Source of the DNA: Prorocentrum cordatum
Lineage: Eukaryota
NCBI GenBank assembly: GCA_963575745.1
Contig: CAUYUJ010000045.1
Span: forward strand, 1-64,000
DNA: 64,000 bases
Direction of reading: 5' to 3'
Below the pieces are notes generated by a model that did not search any database, was not told the origin of the DNA, and saw only the letters and a program-made list of their open reading frames with translations. Of the stretch, positions 35,659-48,349 are shown in pieces; the first letter of the stretch is position 1, and every line of letters begins with the position of its first letter. The position numbers and the translations under genes were made by a program.

Positions 35659-37212
35659 TCGGCACACCCCTCACACGTTTCGTGGCTCCATAGGGAGCTC
35701 CACCGAAGGCCCCAGTGCCCGCGGCCGCATGCGTCACCCACACCCATTTCGGCACACCCCTCACACGTTTCGTGGCTCCATAGGGAGCTCCACCGAAGGC
35801 CCCAGTGCCCGCGGCCGCATGCGTCACCCACACCCATTTCGGCACACCCCTCACACGTTTCGTGGCTCCATAGGGAGCTCCACCGAAGGCCCCAGTGCCC
35901 GCGGCCGCATGCGTCACCCACACCCATTTCGGCACACCCCTCACACGTTTCGTGGCTCCATAGGGAGCTCCACCGAAGGCCCCAGTGCCCGCGGCCGCAT
36001 GCGTCACCCACACCCATTTCGGCACACCCCTCACACGTTTCGTGGCTCCATAGGGAGCTCCACCGAAGGCCCCAGTGCCCGCGGCCGCATGCGTCACCCA
36101 CACCCATTTCGGCACACCCCTCACACGTTTCGTGGCTCCATAGGGAGCTCCACCGAAGGCCCCAGTGCCCGCGGCCGCATGCGTCCCCCACACCCATTTC
36201 GGCACACCCCTCACACGTTTCGTGGCTCCATAGGGAGCTCCACCGAAGGCCCCAGTGCCCGCGGCCGCATGCGTCACCCACACCCATTTCGGCACACCCC
36301 TCACACGTTTCGTGGCTCCATAGGGAGCTCCACCGAAGGCCCCAGTGCCCGCGGCCGCATGCGTCACCCACACCCATTTCGGCACACCCCTCACACGTTT
36401 CGTGGCTCCATAGGGAGCTCCACCGAAGGCCCCAGTGCCCGCGGCCGCATGCGTCCCCACACCCATTTCGGCACACCCCTCACACGTTTCGTGGCTCCAT
36501 AGGGAGCTCCACCGAAGGCCCCAGTGCCCGCGCCCGCATGCGTCACCCACACCCATTTCGGCACACCCCTCACACGCTTCGTGGCTCCATAGGGAGCTCC
36601 ACCGAAGGCCCCAGTGCCCGCGCCCGCATGCGTCACCCACACCCATTTCGGCACACCCCTCACACGTTTCGTGGCTCCATAGGGAGCTCCACCGAAGGCC
36701 CCAGTGCCCGCGCCCGCATGCGTCACCCACACCCATTTCGGCACACCCCTCACACGTTTCGTGGCTCCATAGGGAGCTCCACCGAAGGCCCCAGTGCCCG
36801 CGGCCGCATGCGTCACCCACACCCATTTCGGCACACCCCTCACACGTTTCGTGGCTCCATAGGGAGCTCCACCGAAGGCCCCAGTGCCCGCTCCACCGAA
36901 GGCCCCAGTATGCGTCACCCACACCCATTTCGGCACACCCCTCACACGTTTCGTGGCTCCATAGGGAGCTCCACCGAAGGCCCCAGTGCCCGCGGCCGCA
37001 TGCGTCACTCACACCCATTTCGGCACACCCCTCACACGTTTCGAGGCTCCATAGGGAGCTCCACCGAAGGCCCCAGTGCCCGCGGCCGCATGCGCCACCC
37101 ACACCCATTTCGGCACACCCCTCACACGTTTCGTGGCTCCATAGGGAGCTCCACCGAAGGCCTCAGTGCCGCCGCCCGCATGCGTCACCCCCACCCATTT
37201 CGGCACCCCCCC
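35659..37212. repeat. 90-bp tandem satellite, ~17 near-identical copies; a diverged monomer lies at ~38380-38435
   Basis: GGCACACCCCTCACACG at 35661, 35751, 35841 and onward. Confidence 0.98.
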
Positions 37213-37218
37213 CGCATT

Positions 37219-37697
37219 TCTCGCACGGCAGGGTCATCACCACGGTGGCGTGCCAGGGGCGCACCATGCGCGAAGGCGACGGGGCGGGGGAACGGCGCTC
37301 CGGGGGCGGCCAGACCTCCGGGGCGCGAGCAGTCCGCGGCCAGACCATCTCTCGGTCCTGTGGACTCTCGCCCTGGGCCGTCGGCTGCCCGGCGCGCTGC
37401 TCCCTCGGTCGACGTCGCCCAGGCGTGATCCTGGATTGCGGCCGCCACGAGGTAGGGAACGGCAAGAAGGAGGACGACGACTGGTGGCTGGAGCTCTACG
37501 TGCTGCTCTCGCGCGCCACGCGCCACGAGGACCTCCTGCTCATGCGGGCGCCGCGCATCGAGTTCTTCCTGGCAGGGCCGCCGCAGGGCTTGCGGAAGCA
37601 GCTGGAGCAGTTTGCGGCGCGCACGAAGCGGTGCAGGAGGGAAGCGACGGCCCTCGCCAGGGAGCTCGGCTTCACCGAGTTCATCCGCGAGGCCTGA
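37219..37697 (+). pseudogene. C-terminal fragment of an SF1 (Pif1/Helitron-type) helicase with a 147-nt GC-AG intron (37276-37422)
   Basis: Spliced peptide VITTVACQGRTMREGVILD...LYVLLSRATR matches motifs V and VI. The 5' part is replaced by satellite. Confidence 0.7.
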
Positions 37698-38789
37698 CCT
37701 GAGGAGCGTCTCCCCCGAGCCGCGCCTTCTCTCGACTGCCCGACTAATTGTTTGGCCTCGCGCCGCGGACGACCCGCGCGCGTCGCTGGGACCCTCTCGG
37801 GGCGACCAGCGCGCGTCGCGGGAACTCCGTGCTGCGGGGGGCCCGGCGCCTCGTTCGCCCGTCGTCGCTCTGCCCAGCGGTCAGAGACTTGCCCGCTATC
37901 AGCCAGCCAGTTAGCTAGTCAGCTCTCTCTGCTTCGCGCAGCGGACGACCCGCGCGCGTCGCTGGGGCCCCGCCCGGGGCGACCAGCGCGCGTCGCGGGG
38001 ACTCCGCGCTGCGCTGCGCCCGCAGCCTTGGATTTTGGAGTGCGCGGGCAAAGAGGAAGGAAAAGAAGAGCCGAAAGCGGGCGCGATCCTCGCAAGAGGC
38101 GTGCCGACATGGGCGTCGCGACGTGCGGACGCTGCCGTCGGGGTTCCCGCGGAAGCTGCCTGCGGCGGCCACGCCCAGTGTCACGTGTGTTCGGACAGGC
38201 ATGCTCGAACCATTCACATTCGTATACACTTACACTAGGCGTTTCCATGATCGCACTCATGCAAATATATTCATTCGCGCGCAGACCCATTCATACTCAG
38301 ATTCCCTCGCGCTCTGACTCACCCGCGTTCTTTCTTTCGTAATCAGATCTATCGTATTCCTTTGCGTTGTGTACCCCGCCGCATTTCGGCACACCCCTCA
38401 TGCGGTTCGTGGCCCCATAGGGAGCGCCACCGAAGAATATACTCACAATTGCGATACTCACAACTGCATATGGTTGGGTCCTTCGCCAGGATATTTTTTT
38501 CTCGGGGGGGGCGAGGGGGGGGGAAACTTCCTCCTTATCGGCCCCCCCGCCGTATCCTCCTCCCTCCTCCTTCTTCCTACACCGACTGAAGCCGAAGCTG
38601 CACTGACGAAGCATGCAAGAGAGACGGGCCTGGAACTGCGCCGAGATCAACTCTAGTCTGCCGCCCCGGCTGTCTCGGGCATGAGGCGTACGGATCAAAC
38701 GGTACGAAATACCTGGCCAGCGATTTACATATGACTGGCGGTTCACTAACCTGCTGCAACCCACTAACAGGACGCAACAGAGCCTGCGC

Positions 38790-39420
38790 CAAGATACTCG
38801 ACTGACAGGGCGGGTACTGCTTGGCATGCGCAGTACGAAAAGACCCCTTCCGACGAAGTGCCAAAACATTCATCGCTGTGGGACGAGCATGCAAGCCGTC
38901 CCCTGCCAGGCAGAGCTCTGCAAAGCTCAACGACCAAAGCAGCATGGATGGCCATGCTGCGGGATAAGGCACCACATGTGCATTGATCAATGCTGATGAA
39001 ACGGACGTGCTCACCAAAGGTCGAGAGGGCCCTGATCTTTGGGAGCCTCCACACGGACGCCAGATGCTCCTCCTCGCGCCCTGAAGGCGGCGCCCCCTTC
39101 CAGCACTTCGGCGATGGAGCGGGGGCTGCGCCGTCGCCTGGACCATTGGCGGCTGGACGTGCTCCCGGGCCGCCGGTGCAACAGGCTCTTGACCAACATG
39201 CTGAACATCCAGCCACTGGTTCCCCCTCGAGTGCTCGCAGCAGTCCTCCGCTCGTGCATGAATGGTTGGATGACGGCCCGGAGGTTCCAGAAAATCGGGC
39301 GGTGCGTCTTGGGGTGCAGTCGAGCCGACGACTCGCTGGAACACTAGTGCCAGTGCCCAGTGTACCGCGATCTCTGTCGGCAACATCTACGATTGGAGCG
39401 CCTGGAGGCTGTAGCGGCAT
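38790..39420 (-). pseudogene. Degenerate DNMT-like fragment, probably a 5'-truncated DNMT-LINE
   Basis: ASVWRLP..ISIDQC..G and GSFRTAHAKQYPP..LAQAL across frames. Flanked by CCT-rich tracts at ~38556 and ~39431. Confidence 0.5.
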
Positions 39421-40259
39421 TGAGCGATTTCCTCCTCATCTCTTCTTCCTCCCGGCACTTTCGCGTGGATGGCCCGCCGGAGGGTGGCTCCGTCGCCGCC
39501 GCTTTGAGAGCTCTCAGTGTGTATGCCCTCTACCGCACGCACAGTGGTACGCGGCACGGCCACGCGGGAGAGAGGGGCACAGAGCTTTTCCGCGGTCTCC
39601 GCGAGGGTGCGCGGGGCCACGGGCCGGCGGCCGCCCTCGTTTCTGCGGTGCACAAGCGCCGACGCCAAGATTAGAATATGTGTTGCATTGGTAGGGTGTT
39701 GATTTGTTCGTCGGTTCCCCTCTCCTCCTCCTCTCCCTCCTCCTCCTCCTCCTCCTCCTCTTCCTCCTCCTCCTTCTCTTCTCCGCGTTCGCCGGCCGTC
39801 GGCGCCGCGGCGGCGTCGCTCCTCCTCCATTCGCTGGCTGCGTGGGCGGCTCTCGCTGAATCTTGTGAGCTAAATCACATGGTGTTTCTCCTCCCCGTAG
39901 TCGTTGCACGGGAGAGGCCCGCTTCGTGCGCCGTCGGTGGGTGCTGCGGCCGCGCTTGGCGGATAGTTCAGATTCGAATTCTATGTGTTGTGCTCCCCTG
40001 TTTCCTCCTTGCCCTGCTCCTCCTCCCGCCTTTCTCCTGCCATGGTGAATGTATTGTTTGGCCGTCGAGGCCATTCAATACGGGTTTGTCCAATAATGGT
40101 TTGGCAGGCCAGGGGATGATACGTTTCAGGGTCAATTTGTATCCTTCGGCATCTGGTTTCATTTGTCTTCTCCTCCTCCTCCTCCTCCTCCTCCGTGGGC
40201 GGCTCGTCCGACCTAACTCTAAAACATTTAGAACAGGTCGCTGCTAGGGTTCTCCTCTT

Positions 40260-40800
40260 CCTTGTGCACTTTTGCCTGTGTGTCTGTCATTCAGTGACGC
40301 TGCTGCTGTTGCCAGGTTTTTCCCCAATGCAGTTGAATGCCCCCATCGGAAAAAAACTTGGGTGCTCCATGATGCACGTTGCACCCGTGACTACACATTC
40401 GTACGCAGCGCGCACCATAGTCTGCAAAAGACGGTTTCCCCGCATAACCGCCCTCCAATACTTGGCAGTGCACGCTGGAAGGCCCCAAGGTCGGGCCGCT
40501 GATCGTAGCGCGCGTGAGAAAGAGAGAGAGAGAGAGAGCAGTCACGGGGCGGCCTGGCACGACCATGGGACTATGTATTACATGGTGGGCCGCTGAGAAC
40601 GCCAACCGCCTGTTTCTTCCAAAACATGCGTAAAAACCAGTCCGCTGAATAATTGCGCGCGAGGTCGCCCTCAGTAGCCTCCTGATCGATGTCGACCGAC
40701 AACATGACGACAGGCCACTGACAGCTCCTCTGCAGTTCGTCAAAGTACCATTGGACATCATATCTGCTGCGTTGTCCACAGAAACAATGAAGAAAGTAGG
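40260..40800 (-). pseudogene. LINE-encoded C5-DNA methyltransferase domain
   Basis: FLHCFCGQR (motif I), LSVDID, SGPPCNT (catalytic PC), PWGLP, GNRLL, MEHP (motif VI), TQAKVH remnant. Confidence 0.75.
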
Positions 40801-40994
40801 GCGTCTCGGTAGGAATTCGAGGCACAACGACACACTCCGACTCGACCGACGGCCTTTCCAGTCCTACCGTGGACACCCGTGAGACATCAGCGGTCGGCGG
40901 CCCACCTAGAGTAGGCCCTATGATCCTGCATGGCGGTTCATCCGCGGCCAGCCGAATCCCTGTGGCTGCTCTTACAGCCTTGGCTTCTTTAGCA

Positions 40995-41519
40995 TCAGCC
41001 TCTCTCAGCTCGAGAATAGTGGGAATTGAAAGGGGCTGCAGGTGCGAAGCAAGAACCGCCAGACACGACTTCGATCCGAACCGAAGGTGTGTTAGAAACC
41101 GTCCCCATCGAGTGCCACTGATATCCGCACGCTTGGCAAATGGACCCTAAGGCGTTTGTCCCAGCGATATCATACTGCGGATGTTTGATGGCCCGATGAC
41201 GCGACCATGCGGCCTTCGAATTGAACACCATGTCGCAATCGCGGCAATGAAGAACGGTATCGGAGCTTTCCTGCTTAGAAATTGGGGGCACTGGCAAGCC
41301 GGCTTGCTTGCGCACTTCAGCGAGCTTGGTTCGCCAAACACTGGACTCCGCATCGGCTTGTGCAATATGCTTTGCATTGCGCTCCGCCCCCCTGCACCAA
41401 GCGACCCATTGTTTCTTATCTTGACGAGCCACAGACAACCACCAGGACAAACCTCCGACAGGTTTCCACCGTTTGGGCGCCGTGACATGCTCCTGCATCC
41501 ACAAATTGTCCGAGTACAA
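40995..41519 (-). pseudogene. LINE ORF2 C2H2 zinc-finger region
   Basis: CRDCDMVFNSKAAWSRHRAIKH and CQACGYQW. Confidence 0.75.
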
Positions 41520-41814
41520 CAGAGCCGACTAGGAATCTTTCTTGTGCGCATGATAATTTATCATGAACAAGAGAGAGGGAGAAGCAACATCCAACAGCCT
41601 CTGCACAAACCTAAGACGCCTCAACTTCAGTGTGGTACCTGCAGGGAGCTGCCTACATGCAACATGCACCTCCGCCTTGGACGCTTCCAAGGTCTCGTCC
41701 CCTTGCTCCTTGCATCCCAGAGCTGCCCTCATAGACGCAAGGTAAACACTCTCAAGAACATCTAGGTTGCTGCTAGTCATGTCTCCCCAGACGGCACAAT
41801 GGAACATCGCCCTG

Positions 41815-43228
41815 CTATGACAGCGCCCCGGCATACTTGAGGCGCACCCCCAGCTCCAAGTCATTGTTTTCTTGAACGGCCTGCCTACGCCCCCCTAGTA
41901 CGCTCATTTGCGACCTATGCCTGCTCATGAACTCAGCACTCATTGATCCCGAGACGTGCACGACAGATCCCAAATTCTTGCAAGAGGAAGCAACGTGGAC
42001 GCATGACGAAGCCCCACTCACCGACAACGACCCACGAAGCTCACCAACTTCCCGTTTGACCTTCTTAGATCCAACTCCTACAGGGTGCAGAAGCAGGGTG
42101 GATTTACCAATCCCGTAATTAACGCTGGAACCTCGGGAAGCCATAACCTCATGAACATGCCTCACAACCACGCGGGCAAGGGGGATCACGTCATACGCGG
42201 AACCGCAAGATTGGAGGACGGCAAGATCATCAACATGTTATTGGCACACAACTCCAACTTCACACGGGTCATCTTCAGGTTTGAACGCGCGCATGCCAGC
42301 GTGAGCAATTGAGTGAACATCGATGGCAATGCATTCTGCAAAAAAACGTGCACGGATGTCCTGGCGCACTGGAGCGAATGCTAGAGTGAACAACAGGTCA
42401 GCTGCAGGCATTCCAGGCCTACTGCCCGTGGGAGCCAACGCCACCTTATCTGTGCCCTTAACCTGAAACCATGTGCATGAGTTGATGTCCTGCATCTGCT
42501 CATACAGGTGGAGATCGCCAATACGCTCAAACACAGATGGCTCAGCAAGCAACCTACGCATCACATGCTCTAGAGCAAGGGGGAGCTGGAGGTTATCCAT
42601 GATATCCTGAAGGGAGCCCTCTGCACCTGGGATGGGGGCCAAGAACTGCCGCACCACCGTGTGAAACGCAGCCTTCAAATCTGTGAAATATAGAACCGTG
42701 GACTGTCCGTTGCTACGCATGAAATCCTGACACACTCTGATTTGCAAAGAAGCGGCCGCTGTACCACGCCCAGGCCTACCCCCGCGCGGATCGATGTCCA
42801 TCAGCACGCCACCAACTTCGAGGATTCTCCTCCTCAGAAGCTTATGGTGGTGCTTACACACGTGGACCCCCAGCAGGATTTCTTGAAAGTTGCGCAGCAG
42901 CCTAGGGCCACCTTTTTTTGAACAGGTCGTGCGCAACACCCCCCTTCCACGCAAGCGGCCCCCGACAAGTGAGCTGAACTTTGTTTATTAGGAGAAACAG
43001 TGCGTCCACGCACGCAGACGGGGCCGCCTCATAAACATTACTGGTGATAAGATCTGGACCTCCGGTTCTCCCCCGGGCGGCTCGCTGCGCCGGCTCGCAC
43101 GAGACATCTCGAGACATGATGCTGGACAGATCTCCCGGGCCTTCCGATCGGAAGATGTTTTGTTGGTGGTTGTGAGCCTGCACGAGATCATCCACATCGC
43201 AGACGGTGGCCTCTTTCAGCTTTGGCAA
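41815..43228 (-). pseudogene. LINE reverse transcriptase
   Basis: WKGG; FTDLKAAFHTV; GSRPGMPAADLLF; HVDDLA (YxDD site, ~42220-42236); KNLG. Confidence 0.88.
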
Positions 43229-43718
43229 AAGGTTGCAATCATTCTAGCGCGAGCTGCTCCTGCGTTTCAAACGGGTTCCCCTCAGTACCTAAACGAATAT
43301 GCATGACATTAATGCCGCCCTTTTTTCGAACCACGCAGAAAGCCACCATGCACCTCACATTCCTCCACTCCTCCCTTCCGTCCCCCGCGGCAGTGGCCTC
43401 CTTGACCTGTGTCGAGGTATCTTACAAGAAACCTGTGCGATCAGCGCGCAACTTGGCCCTGAGTGCACGTTGCGACCGCCGCGAGAACAGGGCGCAGGCC
43501 CCGGCGAGACTTGCAAGAGAAATGTCGCATTCGCCCCAAAGACGGCGCATGAAAGCAAGGATCCCCACCTCCTCAGCGAAGGTAGGACAATCAGCCATGG
43601 CACATATGTCGTCAACGGGGTCGCTAGCTAGGGCAACGCTACGGGTGGCGAAATTACTAGCAGCACTGGAATCGCAATCACCAATGCGACGGAGGAAAGC
43701 CCTGATACATCGTCTAAC

Positions 43719-44745
43719 CTAGATCGCCCACAACGTTTCTGACTTGATATAACTCTTAAGCGGCCCGTGCGACATACGACAAACATGTTTGCTGGCGCAG
43801 TCTTGGAACCACCGACTCAGAATGGCGAATTGATCATTCACGTTGAGTGACCAGTGTACAAGCGGACAGCCACGCATATCCTGCTCGAAAGCTCCACACC
43901 GAGTCGGGTCCTGCATGAGGGCGGGGTCAATTGCAGGCATCGACTGTTTCCCAGTCACATGCTCCGCCCATGCCAAGCTAGCATATATTGGGTAGCGGTC
44001 CTGGTGCGAACGGTCCACATCTATGTCGTGCCACACTCCTCGCCTAACGATGGAGTCCTTCCAAGCTTGTGGGGTGCACACGTAGTCGATGCGATGCTTG
44101 CTACCACTGTTGCATTGGTAAGTGTATTGTGAGCCCTCGTCACCGTGCCATGTAGACACAGCGCATATCTTCACAGCACAACGCGAATTATGGAACAACA
44201 AACCGTTGTCATCCTCGATGTCAGGGCACATGCCTCCAACAGCCTCAGACAGATGCCCCAAGACGCCCGTTCGCATCCGCAAGCAGCACATCTACTTCAA
44301 AATGGCTCATCACCTGGCTGGCAGTTTTCCGCCAAGTCCTTCCTGGGGGGGGGGGGGGGGCTCGGCACATGGGGCATGAGCAACCATGGCGACGACATTC
44401 CAAACGGGGGCCTGCACCCGCGCGGCAACCCAACGATGGTTAATATCGAATACGGTACAGGTGGATGGTTTTAAACACAACTCTTCGCCCCCCTTCTTGG
44501 CATGCGGAACCTGGCAAGCAACCCAGAGCTATGATCCTAAGTTTTGTCCGTCCTCCGTTCCCGAAGCGATGCAGAAATAGCCATCTGCCATCTTGCACCT
44601 TTGTGGAGTCTTCGCCTCCTGGATGCCAGTAAAACGTACTTGCTCCCTAGCGAACTGGAGGCGCAGTTGCTGTCCCCGCAACACCGACCTCCCGCCCTTA
44701 ATAGAGTCCTGTGCAGATTCAGAAGTATAAGAAACTAAGGTGAAC
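43719..44745 (-). pseudogene. LINE AP endonuclease
   Basis: GIQEAK; DANGRLG; YTY..HRIDYV; QDRYPI (SDH-like). Confidence 0.8.
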
Positions 44746-44999
44746 TCACGCCTCGCCACGGTTTCGACACCTACCTCGAGCTCCGTATGGCCACGCGTTG
44801 TTGGCTTGCTGATCACGAAAGGTCCTTCTCCTCCCTCCTTGCAGTGCTGAGGCTGGCTTGGCAACTTTAAACTGCACAGATCCTGAAGCGCATACTGTTG
44901 CTGTTGCAAATGTGGGAGGGTACAAATCCACTACCAATCCAGAGAAGGGGTGTAGTAGAATTCACCAAGCAACGGGGGGGTACACACTGGCACTCGTGG

Positions 45000-45510
45000 G
45001 ACAAAGTAGATTTGGCAATGTCATCTGCCACTTCGTTCCAGCACTTCTTACAATCCCCGTGCACTTGTATAATCCAGGGCGCGTGCATGCCAGGGCGTGT
45101 GCATGCCAGAGCTGCCAGTTGCACAGTCTTTGCTGCCGGGGCGTGTGCATGCCTGACGAGCCCTGCAAGCTCTGGCTCGGCTACAGCAACTGCACGGCCC
45201 ATCACAATGCCAATTGCGGGCTCTGACTCAGAAAAGACAGTAATTGAGGGGAGGGGAGCGGCGGCGTCCAAGTAACAGGGGCACTTATCTGCAACCCATA
45301 GCAACGCCCACATGATCCCAACGAGTTCAGCCGTAGTGCGACTGATCGATTTGTTCAGCTGAAAGTTAATAGATTGGATTGCGAGACCTTTATATATCCA
45401 AGAAGCTCCACATCCCCTTCATCATTGGTGCAAGTGCCTACAACAGCCCACCCGCTCTCCGACCTATCCTTAGGCACCGATCCGTCGGTGTATAGCACGA
45501 CCTGTCTGGG
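45000..45510 (-). pseudogene. LINE RNase H (upstream of the endonuclease)
   Basis: VLYTDGS..SGWAV; TAELVGIMWAL; WNEVADDIAK. Confidence 0.8.
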
Positions 45511-46356
45511 CGGATTCTGCACGATGGTGGCCGCATCCAAGGCGAACTTCGCGACATCCTTAAGCGGAACATCCCCCATGTTCCTGAGCCAATCGATGGA
45601 ATTACCATGCTCCCTAAGGCACGCTTGCACTCGCTCGGCCCCTGAAAAATCACATTTGACAATGTCTATGGCGGTGGTTGTCAGCGTATCCAAACTGATG
45701 GCCATTTTTTGGTGCAGGGGGCGTCGGCGCTGGCGAAGCCGTGAGTGAGAGCGGACAGACGCTTGGGCTGTCTGGGTCATACTCGACAGCACCCGCTACC
45801 CCCCAAGTAACCCGCCCCCCCCCCCCCCCCCCGAAGACTACCCCCAATGGGCTGTGACCCCTTGCACTTCGCACACGGCAGGGGCAGATCCACCAGTCAC
45901 AGGTTGCGCAGAGCAGACAGAACAAAAAAGGCACAGCCGCATTCGAGGCAAACGGGCTTACCACTCCCCGAAGCCAGCCCCCCCCCCCCCCCCCCCTCCA
46001 CGCTTCAACCCGAGCCCCGCTTCCATATCCAGACGCTTGGGGAACAGGCGGCATCCTTAAAATTTGCGAACGTATCGAGCTGTGAGGCCATTCGTGCCTA
46101 TCTTCTGCTTCCCCTGCTGAATGCCAATCTGAGGTGATACCAAAACTAGCGCCTGCAACATGTGGTTCGGTACACATGGCACAGGCATCAGTGGATGCAC
46201 GCCTGCTGTTGCACGATTGTGATGCAAGTGGAACGGTCGTGGCTATATCGGGAAAGCTATGACGCGGCGGCCAAGCATCAGAGACCACAGGTAGACTAGC
46301 AACGCTCACCCCCACGTCATTCTGCACACAGGTCCTTGGCGCCTGCCCGCCCTCGA

Positions 46357-47901
46357 TCAGTTTCCCGCCCTGCGAGCAGCAGAAGCATTGCTGTCCTGCG
46401 ACTTCTTGGGCTCCTTCCTCGGCGGGGGCTCGCCAGTGGGCATACTGGATTCGATGATCTCGGGCTCCTCCGTGATCGAGCCCGCTGGCGTAGCGACGAA
46501 CGGGTCGCATCGGGTATCTCCCTGCACCGGCTGCATAGGAGAAATTCCGAATAGAACTGGATAACCTGGCACCCCATCCTCGACATCTGAACTCAATCCT
46601 GGCACAGGCTTCGCCGAGGCCTCCTTCCCAGGAGTGTGCGCGACTGGTGTCGAGGGCTGTGGCTGTGACGGCTGCTCCGTGGGAATCGGGGAGCGTGACC
46701 TCGATCTTGTCCCATCCTCGCCCTCCTGTGCCTCGAATGCCATTGATCTCGGACGGGGCTGCGCAACAGGCGTAGCAGGCACTGGTCCACTCGGAGTTGT
46801 GGGCGCTGCTGCATGCGCGGCTGGTTGCAATGGGGGCTGCGGAGGGAAGCCTGGCGGGGTGCCAGGCGCTGCTGCTGCTTGAGCCACCGCCTGCGGCGGA
46901 CCACCCATCTTCGCGTTCATCTCCGTGGTTGGTCCCATCCCCTGCTGCGCGAGCAACCTGTGGACCTGCTCGCTCTGGTGCATGACCGTCGTCATCATCT
47001 GCGTCATGACCTGCGAAATCTGATTGATCTGTTCCTGCGCACTCTGTCCAGGCGCCGATGGGGGCGGCGGCGGTGGCACCGCAGCCTGCGGGCGCCTCGC
47101 CGCGGCACCAGGAAGCGAGACAACTCTCCGCATATGTGCATCCCGTTGGTGCTGCTCCTGCTGCTGCTGCGGCTGTGGCTGCTCCCCATGCCCAGCGGTC
47201 GGGGCCGCCGCATGGCTGTCTGCGGGCGCAGCTCCTGCATACGCAAGATCGTCCTCCTCCTGGTACTGGTCCTCGAGCTCGTCGATCAGCTCCTTGACCC
47301 TGTCCAGCTCGTGGAGGATATCCGCCTCCTGCTCCGCTAATAGCTTGATCCTGCTCCTGGCGTTGCGCAACTTCTCGATGACCCTCTCCTTTCGAGCCCT
47401 CATCTCGCCCAACTGCTTGCCCGTCGGGAGTGTCTGACCGAGTGCGGCTTTGATGACACTTATTTTCTACTCGCATGCAGTGGCCTCGTCCAGAGCGCTG
47501 GCTCTGCGGGCGGCCGCAGCCATCTCTGCGAGCTCCTCGATCCTCCGATGGCCTTGTGCACGGAAGCTCCTGTGCGAGGCTTTGTCCGTTGGTGCCTCCA
47601 CGAAGTTTTCGTGCCCTATAACATCTGCTCTGCATAGGGGAACGATCCCGGAGATGAGGGCCTTGCACGCGCGTTCGGGCTTTGCACCACGGCTTGGAAC
47701 ACGGCTGGCGCTCCTCCTTGGATTGTCTGCTCGCCGGCTTCTCCTGCTGCTTGCGACCATGGTCGGTGGCACCGCGATCGACATTGAGCCATGCTGATGG
47801 CTGTCCACGCCCAGGTTGCCAGCCTTGCTGCCGCTGCTGATGACCCTGAAGCCTTTCCTCCCAAGCCCTTCCGCAGTGGCAGAACTTGTGGCCTTTGACA
47901 T
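46357..47901 (-). pseudogene. LINE ORF1 (coiled coil + Pro/Gln-rich)
   Basis: ATG at 47901. One in-frame TAG at 47467-47469 joins ORFs 47467-48168 and 46357-47412. Confidence 0.6.
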
Positions 47902-48082
47902 ATCGTCCGCACGGGCAGTTTCACTGACCACGCTCTGAGCGGTTCGCCATGGCAATTGCCGCGGGGGAGCAGGGCGGATCTGGCTGGAGCGGGAATGATG
48001 CCAAAATTGACGGGTCGCTCCTGGCAGGGCAGCCACCTGTGGAGCGACCAACAAGCGCTTCGCAACCTCGAGAAATGTGTTA

Positions 48083-48134
48083 TTTGAGCCAAAATAGCTT
48101 GAGCCAAAATGGCTTGGGCCAAAATGGCAACGGA
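48083..48134 (-). other. Genomic dinoflagellate spliced leader (2 mismatches) plus two tandem 15-nt relict leaders
   Basis: Minus strand reads TCCGTTGCCATTTTGGCCCAAG-CCATTTTGGCTCAAG-CTATTTTGGCTCAAA. Confidence 0.92.
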
Positions 48135-48157
48135 CTCCCTCCTCCTCCTCCTCCTCC

Positions 48158-48190
48158 TCCGTAGCCATTTTGGCTCAAGGCCATTTCGGG
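48158..48190 (+). other. Exact dinoflagellate spliced leader plus a degenerate relict
   Basis: TCCGTAGCCATTTTGGCTCAAG at 48158-48179, followed by GCCATTTCGGG. Confidence 0.95.
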
Positions 48191-48349
48191 AACTCACCCC
48201 CCCGACTCAAGTGGCCCGTGCCCGCCGCGCGCGAGAGAGGCCCTGGAGAGTGCCCCATTGGACAGGGGTCCTCTGCTTTCTTTTTTCCAGTCCACACACG
48301 CATTTTGCGCACTGTACCTTGCCCTGCAGTTCCGTTTTCATCGGCCGCA

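Larger units (their letters stand above)
40195..48134 (-). mobile_element. ~7.9-kb non-LTR retrotransposon (LINE): ORF1, RNase H, AP endonuclease, RT, C2H2 fingers, C-terminal DNMT; degenerate
   Basis: Ordered motifs on the minus strand (listed in the sub-features). The 5' end is a spliced leader and both ends abut (CCT)n. Confidence 0.88.

Noticed and set aside
35219..37428. 30-aa repeat proteins (likewise the ORFs over 1-2946 and 6595-8071)
   Set aside because: The satellite monomers lack stops in several frames, and indels between copies break the frame.
45650..47668. 672-aa minus-strand ORF
   Set aside because: It is an alternative frame over GC-rich LINE ORF1 sequence with no recognisable motifs.
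48158..48220. SL RNA gene
   Set aside because: The leader is followed by a relict leader and an ORF rather than a GT-starting SL intron, which fits a reintegrated trans-spliced RNA.
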